Part shown: positions 1 to 18,171 of the stretch, piece after piece
How the letters are laid out: each line of letters starts with the position of its first letter
Position numbering within the stretch: position 1 is the stretch's first letter
Assembly (NCBI GenBank): GCA_000004695.1
Contig: CM000153.2
Span: 672,001-736,000 of the forward strand
Direction of reading: 5' to 3'
Length of the DNA stretch: 64,000 bases
From: Dictyostelium discoideum
Taxonomy: Eukaryota
Translations under genes and position numbers: made by a program
The notes under the pieces: generated by a model
Databases searched by the model: none
The model's input: only the letters and a program-made list of their open reading frames with translations
What the model was told of the DNA's origin: nothing

Positions 1-53
1 TTTATTTTATTTTAATTTATTTTATTTAAAACTGATTTCATTTTCAAAAAATA

Positions 54-93
<40 letters not shown>

Positions 94-170
94 AACTATA
101 AATAAGAGTTTTTTAATTTTTATTTCAAAACAGAATTCTATCTCTTTTTACTAATAAATTAACTTCTAAA

Positions 171-430
171 ATGTTATTCAGTATGTAAAAAAATTTATAT
201 AAAAAAATAATTAATAAAAATAATATAGAGAACTAATAATAAAAACTATAATTTTTTTTTTTTTAGAATCATTACAATCAATCACAAGTGTTAATTCAAT
301 CCAAAAGAATCAAATTTCTTCAATTTCAGTTGGAAGTTCTCAATCAAATAATAATGCCTCTCTCTTAGATGCTGCAGCACTTGTTGTAATTCCAGGTTTA
401 TTAACTGCTGCTGCTGTAGCTCATATTTAA
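171..430 (+). CDS. Small 57-aa protein, family copy 1 (MLFKSLQSITSVNSIQKNQISSISVGSSQSNNNASLLDAAALVVIPGLLTAAAVAHI). Two exons, 171-180 and 267-430; the intron is 181-266 (GTATGT...TTTTAG).
   Basis: ATG followed by a canonical GTATGT donor and a poly-T/AG acceptor. The frame is clean to TAA. Two further near-identical intact copies lie at 1055-1316 and 62816-63193. Upstream there is a poly-A tract followed by AACTATAAATAAGAG (TATA-like). Confidence 0.6.
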
Positions 431-655
431 ATTATTGAATTCACTAATAATTCATATATTAATTTAAAAAATTATATGAATATAAAATTGTACATTTAAT
501 AAATAAATAATTATATTTGTTTATTTTAAAAAATTAATATTTTCATTTTTATTTTCATGTTTTTTTTTTTTTTTTTTAATTTATAAAATTTTTTGTTATT
601 TGTTTAATTTTTTTTTTTTTTTTTTAAATTTATGATCAAAGTGTGTGTTTAGGCA

Positions 656-690
<35 letters not shown>

Positions 691-764
691 GTCACAAAAA
701 ATTTTTTTTTTTTTTTCCCCCTTTGGGAATTTTTTTTTTTTTTTTTTAAACCCTTTGATTATAA

Positions 765-806
<42 letters not shown>

Positions 807-1054
807 GGTTTTTGTTTTATATTAATTTAAAAGATTTATTTTAAAATGTTATCAAAATTAATCATTTATCTATTTAGATAATCTGATTAAATTTATAATA
901 AATAAAATAAATGTATAAATAAATAAATAAAATAATTAATAAACAAAATTAAATAAAAAAAAAAAAAAAAAAAAAAAAACTATAAAAAGAGAAAATATTT
1001 TTTTTAACAAAACAGAATTAAATTAGCTCTTCTACCAATAAATTAAATTAAAAA

Positions 1055-1316
1055 ATGTTATTCAGTATGTAATTAGTTATTAAAATATAAATATTTTAAA
1101 AGTAGTTTAAAAAATAAAGAACTAACAAAATTCCAAAATAATTATTTTATAGAATCATTACAATCAATCTCAAGTGTTAGCTCAGTCCAAAAGAATCAAA
1201 TTTCTTCAGTTTCAGTAGGAAGCACACAATCAAATAATAATGCAGCACTCTTAGATGCCGCAGCACTTGTTGTAATTCCAGGTTTATTAACTGCTGCTGC
1301 CGTTGCTCATATTTAA
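1055..1316 (+). CDS. Small 57-aa protein, family copy 2 (MLFKSLQSISSVSSVQKNQISSVSVGSTQSNNNAALLDAAALVVIPGLLTAAAVAHI). Exons 1055-1064 and 1153-1316.
   Basis: Same two-exon architecture as copy 1, with the same split codon (A|AA = Lys). Differences from copy 1 are conservative and the ORF is intact. The upstream poly-A plus AACTATAAAAAGAG element is conserved. Confidence 0.6.
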
Positions 1317-1445
1317 ATCTTTAAAAGATTAAATATAACACCATTTAATTACCTATATTTCATATAAACTATATTTAACACTTTCAATTTTATATGAATA
1401 TTAAATTGTATATTTAATAAATAATTTATTATATTTATTCACTCC

Positions 1446-1485
<40 letters not shown>

Positions 1486-1742
1486 TTTTTGTTGTTGTCA
1501 ACGGAACCATTTTTCATTTTTTTATTTTTATTTTTGTTTTTTTCATTTAATTTTTATTTTTAAATTTATTTTTTTTTTTTATTTTTTTTTTTGTAATTTG
1601 TTTTTTCCACTTTTTTTTTTTTTTTCTCTTTTTTTTTTAATTCACGATAACCATCTAATAAAATTATTATAATAATTTATTTTATATTTATTTAATTTTT
1701 TGTTATTTTATTTTATTTTATTTTATTTCCTTATTTTATAAT

Positions 1743-1773
<31 letters not shown>

Positions 1774-1781
1774 AACATCAA

Positions 1782-6359
<4,578 letters not shown>

Positions 6360-6401
6360 AATAAAATAAAATAAAAATAAAATAAAAATAAAAATAAAAT
6401 T

Positions 6402-9162
6402 TTATTTTTGTTTTATTCTTAAAAATGATTTTAAATAACTTTTTTCTTTTCTAATTAAATGTAATTCTTCAAATAATAATGTATAAGATTCAACGAAATC
6501 ACGAATTGATAGCATACCTGAATTGAATTGAATCATTTCAGGATATAAAAAATGAAATACACTTTCATTTAGTAATAATATACGAGTACTTTGAAAGCAT
6601 TGATCAATTTGAGTTAAAGAATTTTTAATTAATAATGAGGTTTCAATAAATTTTTGATTTGCTGAAGATTTCTTATTATCACCACCACCACCACCACAAC
6701 AACTACCACCACTACTACCACCTGAGGAAATTAATTGTTTTAATAATAATTTTGAATGATTTAATTGTTGAAATAATAAATTTAAAGGAAATACTAATTG
6801 AAATGTTGTTAATTTTAAAATATCACTAAAAATTGGATTAAATGAATTTTCTAATGCTACTAAAGTTGTTAAACAGTCATCCATTTTCTCAACTATTGAA
6901 AAGTATCTATTAGCTTTAGATGGTGATACAAACCACATTTCTGATCTAATATCATATAGTGATGCTTTAATTTGATCAATACCAACTCTAATTGATCTAA
7001 TTGATTCAAGTGATTGTTTCTTTTTATTTTCTCTTTCAATTGATATTAAATTTTCATTTGACTTTGTTGTTATCAAATTATTAATACCATTTTGATCATT
7101 TGCAATTAATTTTAAAATTATTTTATTCTTTTCTTCGATTTTATCATTAGAAAAACTATTATGATTATTATTATTTTCATTTTCATTTTCATTTTCATTT
7201 TCATTTTGATTAAATATTGATAAATTATTTTTTAAATCTTTAATTGGTTCTTTTAATCTTAACCCATTTTCAATAATATTTATAAAAGTATCTGATAAAT
7301 TATTGGTAACTTTAAATATTTTAATTCTTGTTGCTTTATAAGTAAAAAATGGGAAAATAAATAAACTAATAAAAATAACCCATACTACACCCATTACTAT
7401 ATGGAATGCTCTAAGTACTGCATACATATATTCAAACTTTTTACTAAGATTTTGACCTAATACAATGATTAAAAAAGTTACACCTGAAACTGCACCAGCA
7501 TATGAATAACGTACATCTTGTTGTGGAAATGATATTATATAAGTGAATATGAAAATTATAATTAACATTACAATTTCTTTACCCGGTGTTGGAATAATAC
7601 TACAAAGTAGTGATGTTAAAAATCCAATAAATGCTCCAAAAATAGTTCCAATAATTCTATTTGTTCCTATTTAATTTTTTTAAAAAAAAAAAAATTAATA
7701 TTTGGAATAAATATTGGTAATAAAGGATTATCTATAGTTATTGATACTAACCACGAGTTATTGTTGCTCCTACTGATGGTACCATTACTAGCATTACGGT
7801 TGCACAAGTCCAAATACCATGAATTACTAAATCACCATGACTTCTGCCTTCAAAATAATAAAATGCAATAATTGATGACATTAAACCAAATGCAACTTTT
7901 AATGGATATCCCCATTTTTTATCTCTTATACAATTAAATTCAATCCATTTAATACATCTTTTAAAATAATTATTTTTTTTTTCTTTTTTAATATTTTGAT
8001 TATCAAATGGTTGTTGTTGTTGTTGTTCTTGTTGTTGTTTTTTTTCTTTTTCTTTATGATTTTTAATGAAATTTATTAATTTCTTGAATTTATTTATAAA
8101 GAAAATTGGTAGACCAGTTAATATAAATAGTAAACCATTTCTTATCAACTCCCATCTACATGATTCTTTATGTTGTTGTTTTTTAACTTTTATAAGTAAA
8201 TCAGCTAGTTGACGTTGTTGTAAAGTAAATGTCATAATATTATGAAAGAAATAACAAACTGAAGTAATTTCAGGAAAACTTAAAACTTGATGACCATAAC
8301 TTTCAAATTCTTCAACCGAATTTCTAAATGCACCTCTAACTCTTTTTACTAATTCTTCAGATTCATCAAATGATTCTTCTAAAATTGAACTAACAATATC
8401 AATTAAATTATTATTTTTTAAATTATTATTATCATTATTAATTATAAAATTTGGATTATTTGAAGATAATATATCAATCATTAAACCCATTTGTAAATAA
8501 ACTTCTTCAACTAAACATTCAATGAATGGAATTAATGGATAAATTAATTCTTGACTTGCTAGAGGTGTAAAACCATTCTTTATTGCTTGTTTAATTGAAA
8601 TTAATTGTTTTGATGATAATTCAAATAATAATACTAATTTATTATAATTTGAAATTAAATCACTATTCCATCTTTCTAATTTTGCTTCATTATATAGTGC
8701 TGTCATTCTTAAAATTTCATTTGTTAATCTACTTTCTAATCTTTGAAATTCTTTTTCATTAAATTGAGTTTTACTTTCTTCTATAGTTTTTTTATTTTCT
8801 TTTTTTGTTTTAATTTTTTCAATTTCTATAATATTATCTTTACTATTTCTTTTATTTTTATTTTTATTTTCATTATTTGTATTATTACTACTACTATTAT
8901 TATTATTAATACTACTATTATTATTTGTATCAATGTCTATAACTTCAACATTACCATTAAGAATCATTGAGTTAGAAAAGGTTGAATCATTAACAAATAA
9001 ACTTGAATTATTATCATTTAAAGTTATTGGATCTGTATTATTATTTGTGTTATTTGTAGCTACCATTGGTATGTCTATTGATAAAGGTGATACTGAATTT
9101 TTTTCAATTAAAATAGATCTTGTCAATGGTAATTTTAATTTTAATCCTTCAAAAATTTCTTC

Positions 9163-9209
<47 letters not shown>

Positions 9210-10191
9210 CATTATTTTTTTTATTAATATTATTATCATTATTATTATTACTATTGTTATTATCATTATTATTACTATTATTATTATTATTATTTTTATT
9301 ATTTTCATTAATATTATTATTATTTTCAATATTATTATTATCATTATTAATAGTTTGAATTAATAAAGAAGAAGATAAAGTTGGTGAATTTAAAATAATT
9401 GGTGGAAATTGATCAATTTGAGATTTTTTTAATTGTTGTTCTTTAATTAATTGATTTTCAACATTTTCAAAAGTATTTGGTGAAAATGCATCGTTTGAAT
9501 TTTTAAAATTATTATTATTATTCCTATTATTATTTTTATTACTATTATTATTTAATATATAACCACTATTAAGATCTAATTTATATTGTAATTGATGACC
9601 AATTGCTCTAAAATAAATTCTAGTTGTTTTTAAAGTTTTTAAAGTTTTTTTAAATAATAAACGTGATGCTAAAGTTGGAAAACAAATATGACCAATTATA
9701 ATTGAAGAGAAAACATAACATGCTCCAAGTATATTTTGCCAACAATTAATTCTGACAATTTCAACTGGTGTGAAATATAATATTACAATGATATCTAAAA
9801 ACATTTTTTTCATAAATAATCCACCAATCCATTTCCTTGATGGTAAACTAACACTGGTGGCAATTAAATATGAAAATAGAAATGTTGTTATAAAAGTTAT
9901 CCATACAATATCTCTTGTAATTAATATTATAAGATAACTATATAAACTTGCAATCAATGATCCATAGAAACTAGTGGCTCCTAAATGAATACTCGTAAAT
10001 GATGAAATATTACATGACGCCATTATACAAAATACTGGAACTAGACATAAAGTGCTTGAATTAAATATAAATCCATATGGTATAAATGAATAAATAGAGG
10101 ATAGCATTGTAATTGCTGCTTCTACTAATGCTATCCTACTCTTTAATCCAAATTTTTTATATGGTTTTGGTATTATATTTTTTAAAAACAT
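6402..10191 (-). CDS. FUSC/ArAE-type (aromatic-acid exporter / ALMT-like) integral membrane protein of about 1234 aa. It has two membrane domains separated by a long Asn-rich linker. Exons 10191..7752 and 7666..6402; the intron is 7751..7667.
   Basis: The two minus-strand ORFs (814 aa and 388 aa) join in frame through a GTTAGT donor and an ...AATAG acceptor. The junction reconstitutes the FUSC/ALMT signature ...PSVGATITRG|TNRIIGTIFGAFIGFLTSLL (GATxxxGxxRxxGTxxGxxxG). Hydrophobic helix clusters flank both ends. Confidence 0.7.
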
Positions 10192-10210
10192 TATTTATTA
10201 TTTATTTCAT

Positions 10211-10243
<33 letters not shown>

Positions 10244-10333
10244 TTTTGGTTTATTTATAAGGTATTGTTATTTTTATTTTTTAAAATATAGATATTAATT
10301 TTTTTTTTCTTTTATTTTATTTTTATTTTAAAT

Positions 10334-10364
<31 letters not shown>

Positions 10365-11014
10365 CCCTTATTAGTATGGATTTTAAGGTGGGGTGAGATT
10401 TTTTAATTTTGATTTCTTGCCCAATGAAAATAAAAAAAAAAAATTTTAAAATTAAAAAATTAAATTAAAATTAAAATTTTTCCAATTACCTTTAAATAAT
10501 ACAACCTGGGTAAACAAATAAAAAATTATTAAAATTATTAAAATTATTAAAAAAAATTAAAAATTAAAATTTTTTAAATTAAATTAAATTAAATTAAAAA
10601 AAAAAAAATTAAAAAAAAATTTATTTTAATTAATTTTTGCTGGTAAGAAATTTAAAATTGCAGATTTGCGACTTTTTTGGAGTCCATTCGCTATTTTTTT
10701 TTTTTTTTATTAAATTAATTAATTTTTTTTTTTTTTTTTTTTTTTTATTTTTTTTTTTTTAATCACTGGGTGGGAGCAAATTTTTTTTTTTATTTTTATT
10801 TTAAAATCAAAAAAAAAAATATCTCACTCCACACTCCGGTTTTACATATTTCCACAACCGATTGATAACTTTTGAAAAATAAGCGCACAATTGTTTTTTT
10901 TTTGTTTTTTTTTTTTTTTTAGTTTTACAAACAAATAAAAATGAGATTTGTACTGGGAAAATACACGTTGGAGAGAGCGAGCGAGAGAGAGGAAAACTTA
11001 CACTTATTAATATC

Positions 11015-12724
11015 TTAAAATTTACTGACAGATTTTTTATAAATTTTGGATAAAGCTAAATCCTCATCGTGGTCATAATATTCTTCACCATTGACACTTT
11101 CTAAATAAGATTCAAACACAGTGTCATATTCATAATTATCATAAACAAAACTGTGTTTTAATATTAATGTGATGGTTTCAATTGCACTTTCAAAATCTGT
11201 AATATCATTAAGAATGATTTCTTTTAATACTCTATCGAAATCTAATATAGCTTCGTCAACTTCATTAAAATTTTCCATAACACTCCATGCCAATTCAACT
11301 TGTTTTTCTCTTTTAACTTGCTCATTTACATTTTGATTTTTTCCTTCTTCTCCTTCCTCTTCTTCTACTTCTACTTCTTCTTCTTTTTCTTCCTCTTCAT
11401 TTTCACTATTATTGTTGTTGTTGTTGTTGTTTTGATTGATATTATTAAGTAATGAATTTTTATGAATATAAAATTGATTGAATAGTTCTTCAGTGGTGTA
11501 TTCTTGTTCAGTTTGGTCCAGGCTATCAGTAATACCATAATTTTCAAAATCTTGTTTAACCTTTAATTTAGTTTGGATCATTTCTTTTAATTTCATTATA
11601 TCATTCTTTCTTTTTTCTTTTTTAGAACAACAAAGTGATTCTTTATTATTTTGATTATTAATTTCATCTTCTTCATCCTCATCTTCTTCTTCTTCCTCTC
11701 CTTTTTCTTTTTCTTCTTGGTTTGGTAATTGGGGATCTTGAATAAAAGTTTCAAAAATTGAATGAGTTATAAAGATAGCTTCATTATTTAAAATTTCATT
11801 TGAATTTTTAATTTGACCACCATATAGATTATATAATCTAATTTTCTTTGAATCATATTCAATTTGGTCATTTCCAATTATAGTTTTATTTAATAGTGAA
11901 ACGATTTCTTCCTTAAATTGGTGGAATTGAGAATTTACAAATAATTTAAATAATGATTTCTTTGATCCATTCAAACAAATTGTAACTGATAATGAATTAA
12001 CTAATTTATTATTATCAATATTATTATTACTATCATTATTATTATAATTCTTTATGCCATAAATTTCTCTATAAAATGATTTAACAATTGGAAATAAAAT
12101 TTTTTCATTTGGATTTGAAATTGGTGATAATAATTTTTTAAAAATTTTTTGAGTTGAAAATAAATTTGATTTCTCTTCAAGTGAATTTGCTTTTGAATTT
12201 ACTAAATTGAATAAAGATAAAACTAAAGTTTGAAGAGATTTCAAGTGATCTTTATTTGAAAATTTACCATCAGTAATTGTTGTAATGAATGAATTATAAA
12301 TATGAGAAACCACTGAATCACCACAATGAAATGAACCATGAGTTAAGAATGTCTCTAAAAATTTAATTTCGAAATCATTAGTTTTCGTTGAGAAAATTTC
12401 TAAAAAACTAACAACACCATTTTTTAATGTACAATTAGTCACGGTGGTTTTGGAATGTTTTAAAAAATCTTCACCACAAACATAACAAAATTGAAAATAA
12501 CATCTTGAACAAGTCACATGATTACAACCACCATTCTTTTCAATTGGATATTTACATCTTTTACAAATTGTTGTATTATTTATAATCCATGAATAATTTA
12601 ATAGCTCATTATATAAATCTACACTTTTATTACATGCTGATGGCCAATGTAATCCAGGTTGTTTACAATATAAACAAAATATATGGTTATCATTACATTG
12701 AACATATGGTGAATAATAACAACA

Positions 12725-12757
<33 letters not shown>

Positions 12758-14194
12758 TCTATTATTATTTCTATAATTATTATTATTATCTCTATCAAGT
12801 AATAATAATCTATTACAATTTAATTCTGGACATTTAAATGTATTTGGTCTAGAATAAATTACATCTTTAATAAAATTATTTAAACTCTTTTTTAAATAAA
12901 TTTGATTGTTTTCTTTTTTACCATTATTTTCAATTAAGATTGTTTCGATGGTAACTTCATCGATACAATTATTTAAACATTGAGTTTGTGGACACTTTAT
13001 TTGATTCATTGCACCATTACCATCTTGAATTGAAATTTTGAAATAATTATTCATACAATCTTTACAAAATCTATGACCACATATTAATTCAATCATCATT
13101 TCATCTTTTGGTGAATATTCACAATAACAAATTGAACATTCAATATCAACAATTGGGTCTTCCTCTTGATATTGTAATGAATTAAATTTAACTAATGAAA
13201 TATCTTTAACACGATGTGCACAACTAAATGATTTAATATTTAATAAATTCTTTTCTTTATCTTTTAAAATTCCAATGATTTGTCTTTGTTTCCATTGATT
13301 TTGAAATAATAATTTTCTAGATAACGATATTGGTATATCATAATAAGTTGAAACTTTTGAAATACTTGAATAACATTCATCCAATAATTTATTTCTAGTT
13401 ACTGTTTTACAATTTTTAAAATCTTGAAATAAATCATTTGAAAGTTTTCCATATTTATTAATTGGTTTTTTATTATTTTTATTATTATCTTCATCTTCAT
13501 CAATAAAATTTATTAAATTAGATTTATAATAATTTTCTAAATATTCTACTATCTCTATAACATTTTCTTTATTTTCAATTAAATGAAAGAGTTCTAAACT
13601 TTTCATAAATAAATTCAGTTCACTATTTGTATCATTTTTCAATTCATCATTTTCAACTACAATTTCAATTTTAAATCCTTTAATTGATGATGATTCTTCA
13701 ATAAAGTATACCCATATTCTTGATGGATTATTTATTTCTGAAATTAATACTTTACAACGATATGGATATGATTCTCCAATTATTAAAAATGTTTTTAATT
13801 TATTATTAGGTGATTCCATTATTGCTGCTGCTGTTGTTGTAGATGGTTCTCTATTATTATTATTGTTATTTTGTAAAGGAGGAGGAGAAGTATATGTTAT
13901 TAATTTTGTAATCACATTATTATAAAATAAATTTTGATTTTCATTTGTATGACTAAATAATTTTAAATAATTTAATTGTGATTTCTTTAAGAATTCAGAT
14001 TTTTCTAAAATTTCTTGAGCATATTCTTGTGATTTTGTTAATAGTTTATTTGTTTTCTCATCTTCTGGATCTTCATCTGATAATGTTGAAATTTTAAAAT
14101 TAATTATTTGGTTATTGTATGTCTTTTTTAAAGATTTAATTCTACAGCCATCGTCTGTGAATACTCTAATATATGATTTTAATGATACATCCAA
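11015..14194 (-). CDS. RBR (RING-between-RING, Ariadne-type) E3 ubiquitin ligase, 1059 aa, with acidic and Asn-rich tails.
   Basis: RING1 is CSICYCEY...CGHRFCKDCMNNYF...CPQTQC. An IBR follows (...FKCPELNCNRLL...CLYCKQPGLHWPSAC) and then RING2 (ICKRCKYPIEKNGGCNHVTCSRCYFQFCYVCGEDF). The ORF is uninterrupted. Confidence 0.8.
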
Positions 14195-14335
14195 TTTAAA
14201 TCTATTTAATAATAATCCTAAAAATCCTATAAACGATAATGTTTCTTGTATAATTAAAACACAACTTTCTTTTTCAAATTCATTCTATATAAAATAAATA
14301 AATTAATATATAAAATAAATAAATAAATAAAATAA

Positions 14336-14386
<51 letters not shown>

Positions 14387-14884
14387 CCTTGTGATAAAAA
14401 ATTGTAAATCTTTTTCGGTTATCAGGATTTTCTACAAGCACATATAAATCAGCTTCATTCTTTGCTGAACATGAATGTTTCATTTAATCTTGTTTTAAAA
14501 AAATAATGGTATAATAAAATATAAAAATATATTAATTCTATAAAAAAAAAAAAGAAAAATTTCAATTTAAATTGGTCTGTTAAAAATATTTTTTGGGAAT
14601 TTTCTAAAAAAAAAAAAAAAAAAAAAAGTGAGATTTACATTTTATTTTTTGATATTAAAATTGATCAATTATTTCTTTGAATTTTAAAAATATTTAAAAA
14701 TAAATAAAAGTAAAGAAAATTTATTCAAAAAAAAAAAATATATAATTCAATAGTTTTTTTTTTTTTTTTTTTTTATTTAAAAAATTAAAATGAAAAATCA
14801 CTTTGTCTATTATATTTATTTTTTATATTTTTTTTAATTATATTTAATTTATATAGGTTCATAAACTATAAGTCAGGTGCAGAT

Positions 14885-14925
<41 letters not shown>

Positions 14926-15596
14926 ACAATAAAAAAAAAAAATTATTGTATAATAAATACTCATAAATAATCAAATCTAAAAATGATAATTTTTACCATA
15001 AAAAAAAAAAAAAAACATACAAAATACAATAGTTTTAATAAAAAATAAAAACTTGTTGTAGAAAATAATAAATAATTGGAATATATTAAAGAATTAATTT
15101 AATATTAACACAAATGAAAATAGTAACTAAATTGAAATCAATTTATTATTTTTTTTATTTATAAATTGTTGAAAAAAAATATAAAAAATAAAAAACAATG
15201 TCACCCATGCAAACCCAAAACACCTTTTTTTATAAACCTAAATTATTATTATTCAAATTTTTTTTTTTTTAAAATGTGTAAATAAGTTTTACTTTTTTAA
15301 ATTTTTTTTTTTTTTTTTTTTAATTACACTTAAAAAAATATATTTTCTATACTTAATAAGAAAAATATTAAAAATATGGGAGTATGTTTATTAGAGAAGA
15401 TGAATAAGTGATACTCAAATAATAATGTTGGGAAATTACTAGATATATCAGTAATAAGAGGAACAATGAACAAGATTCATTATTTTGATGAAGTAAAAAT
15501 TATTTTATAGACAATCTGAAGTACTAGTTGTTACAATATAATATTAACAAAATATAATTTTAAAATTATATTATGATTCATTAGTTTTTACAAGAG

Positions 15597-15980
15597 ATGT
15601 TTGCAGAGGAAAAATTGGATGGTGTTATAATAAAGAGAAATCTTAGCAAAGAAGAGTTTGAAAATTTTGAGAACAAATATGAGGAATTTCAATTTGAATA
15701 TGAACCAAATGATGGCTTGTTTATTATTTTTCAAAATTTGACAACAGGTTGTGGACATTCAACATGTGTATCTGCTCTTGCCACTATTTTCTTTGTTGCT
15801 ATCAGTCATTATCAAGGAGGTGATGTAATAGATCAATATTTTAAAAGTTCAATTCGTCTTGAAGGTGATGTAATACAAATTTTTTTATTGCCATATAAAA
15901 AATCATGTGAGCATAAAAAAGAAGGTCTGCCAAATTTTAAAAAATTTAAAACAAATTTAATTCAAAAAAAAATAAATTAA
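15597..15980 (+). CDS. Hypothetical 127-aa protein (MFAEEKLDGVIIKRNLSKEEFENF...). The gene structure is uncertain and it could be a partial or relic gene.
   Basis: A non-low-complexity ORF with ordinary codon composition. No recognisable domain. No convincing upstream exon was found. Confidence 0.3.
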   Translation: MFAEEKLDGVIIKRNLSKEEFENFENKYEEFQFEYEPNDGLFIIFQNLTTGCGHSTCVSALATIFFVAISHYQGGDVIDQYFKSSIRLEGDVIQIFLLPYKKSCEHKKEGLPNFKKFKTNLIQKKIN

Positions 15981-16704
15981 AATAAAAAAAAAAAATTAAA
16001 AAAAATTAAAAAAAAATAAATTTAAATAAAAAAAAAAAAAATTGCTCCACAAGAAAAAAATACAAAAACAAATGAATATATATTTATTTATTCATTATTA
16101 TTATTATTATTTATTATTTTGAGATTGTTTTCTTTTTAATTTTCCTAATTAGGATTTTTTTATTTTTTTATTATTTTTTTATTTTTTTTTTGATTTGGGA
16201 GATAATAATAAATTGAAAAATTGGTCTATCTTTGCCGATTAATTAAAGTAGATTTAAGAAATGCAAAAAAGAAAAATAAAATAAAATAAAACAAAACAAA
16301 ATAAAATAAATTAAAAGAGATAGACAATATTGAAAATAAATAAAAAAAAAAAAAGATAATTCTAAAGTGGACCAAAATCGTTTATTTTATTTTTATTTTT
16401 ATTTTAAATTTGATTAGGCAGTAAATAAAATTTATCTCACTCAACATTTAGTTTTTGAATAGTGAAATCACAAGTGACAAAACCATTTCTATGGTTGTAT
16501 TTGAATACGATTGAGGTGTATCTAACCAATCTCTAATAAAAATAAAATAAAATAAAATGAATGAAAATGAAAAAAAAAAAAAAAAATGGAAATTTTCAAG
16601 AGCCCACATGGGTGTTAATTTTTTTTTTTTTTTTTTTATTGATTAATGCACCCTCTTGAAAAATTAATGTTAAAACAAAAATAGTAATTAAGAAATAAAA
16701 AGAA

Positions 16705-18094
16705 ATGGAAAAGGAATTATTTTTTAAAGTTTTTAATAATATTTTTTTAAAATCAAAAATTAAATATTATTTAAAAAAAGAATTTAGAAATGGAGTTTAT
16801 GAATGGGAAGAATTGAAATCAACAGAATGGTTAATAGAGAATGGTTATTTAAATGTATTAAAAGAGAAAATTAAAAGAAAAGAAGAATTATCATTCTATT
16901 GTAATGGTAAAAAAAAAGCAAGACTTTTAACAAATCTAAAATATGATAATAATCCAAGTGGTGATACAATTAAAACAAATAGCATTCCAAAAGCAATAAT
17001 CTATTATAAGAATTCAATATTTAACATTTTTCAAGAAAATACTCTTGAGAATTTTAATTTCTTTTCAACATTATTTAATAATTATAAGTCAAGTTTTGGT
17101 TATATGTTAACAGAATCGTTGAAAGATATAATTAGAATTTCAATTGAATATGATAATGTTTCATCAATTAGAGTAATACTTGAACAATATAATTTCAACA
17201 TTGACTCAAATATTGATACATTAATAGTACACTCGATTGATATTGGTTCATTTCAAATTTCAAATTATTTATTATCAATTAAAAAATTAAATAATAATAA
17301 TAATAATAATAATGAATTTAATTTATCAGATTATCATATTCAAAGGGTTTGGGAAAGAGCTATAAGCTTTAAAAATATTGAAGATGAAATTGAATTGGTA
17401 ATTAAAAAAATTGAATATTTAGCAATTGAATTAAATATTAAACCACCAATAATATTAAATGGTGTAGAATTAATATTTTTAAAATTAAATATTGAGATTT
17501 ATAGACAACCATTATCAATTGTAATTGGATTATGTAAAATTTGTATATTATTAAAAGACCATTTAAAACCATACTTGGACCCATCATCATTAATAAAAAC
17601 TAAACATTTTAATAATGTTTATTTCTTTCCAACAGATTTAAAATTAAACTTTATATCAGATTTAGATCATTTCTCAACAATTTTAAAAATTGAAGAATTA
17701 AATAAAATCATTGAAAATTTTAATAAAGAGAAATTAAAAATTCCAATTTTTAAATTTAATAAATCAAATGAAAGTATAAGAATATTAATTAATATATTAA
17801 TTAAATTATCACCAACAAGTAAATTAAATTCAAATTATGTATTTTATAAAGTTAAATTTCAAAATCAATTATTAAATCAAAAATATCTATTACTATGTGA
17901 TATGAATGATTATCATGAAGAAACTGGTCAATTAATAATTAATGATCAAATTGAATGGGATATTAGTAATTTCAATTGGTCAAATAGTCATTTACCTTAT
18001 AAATCATTTTATTCAAGTCAAAGTTTTCCAAAAGATGATAAAAAATTGGTTTTTAAATATTTTAAAGATTTAAAACCACCATATATAATTGGTG

Positions 18095-18171
<77 letters not shown>

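Noticed and set aside
643-825. A 60-aa ORF made of poly-Phe.
   Set aside because: It is the translation of a poly-T homopolymer run and has no coding signal.
10800-11014. G/C-containing words (TCTCACTCCACACTCCGG, (GAGA)n GGAGAGAGCGAGCGAGAGAGAGG) just 3' of the RBR ligase stop, considered as a possible ncRNA.
   Set aside because: They are most simply the 3' UTR or terminator region of the RBR gene. There is no independent promoter and no structure evidence.
14280-14483. A minus-strand ORF (MKHSCSAKNEADLYVLVENPDNRKRFTIFYHKG + poly-F) that could be a 5' exon of the RBR ligase.
   Set aside because: There is no GT donor at the end of the non-repeat part. The rest is poly-T translation. The RBR ORF already has a plausible Met start.
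15370-15596. Short ATG-initiated stretches upstream of the 15597 ORF (ATGGGAGTATGTTTATTAGAGAAGATGAATAAG..., ATGAACAAGATTCATTATTTTGATGAAG|GTAAAA) as possible upstream exons.
   Set aside because: The candidate introns are too short (under 20 nt) or the frames terminate. No consistent model was found.
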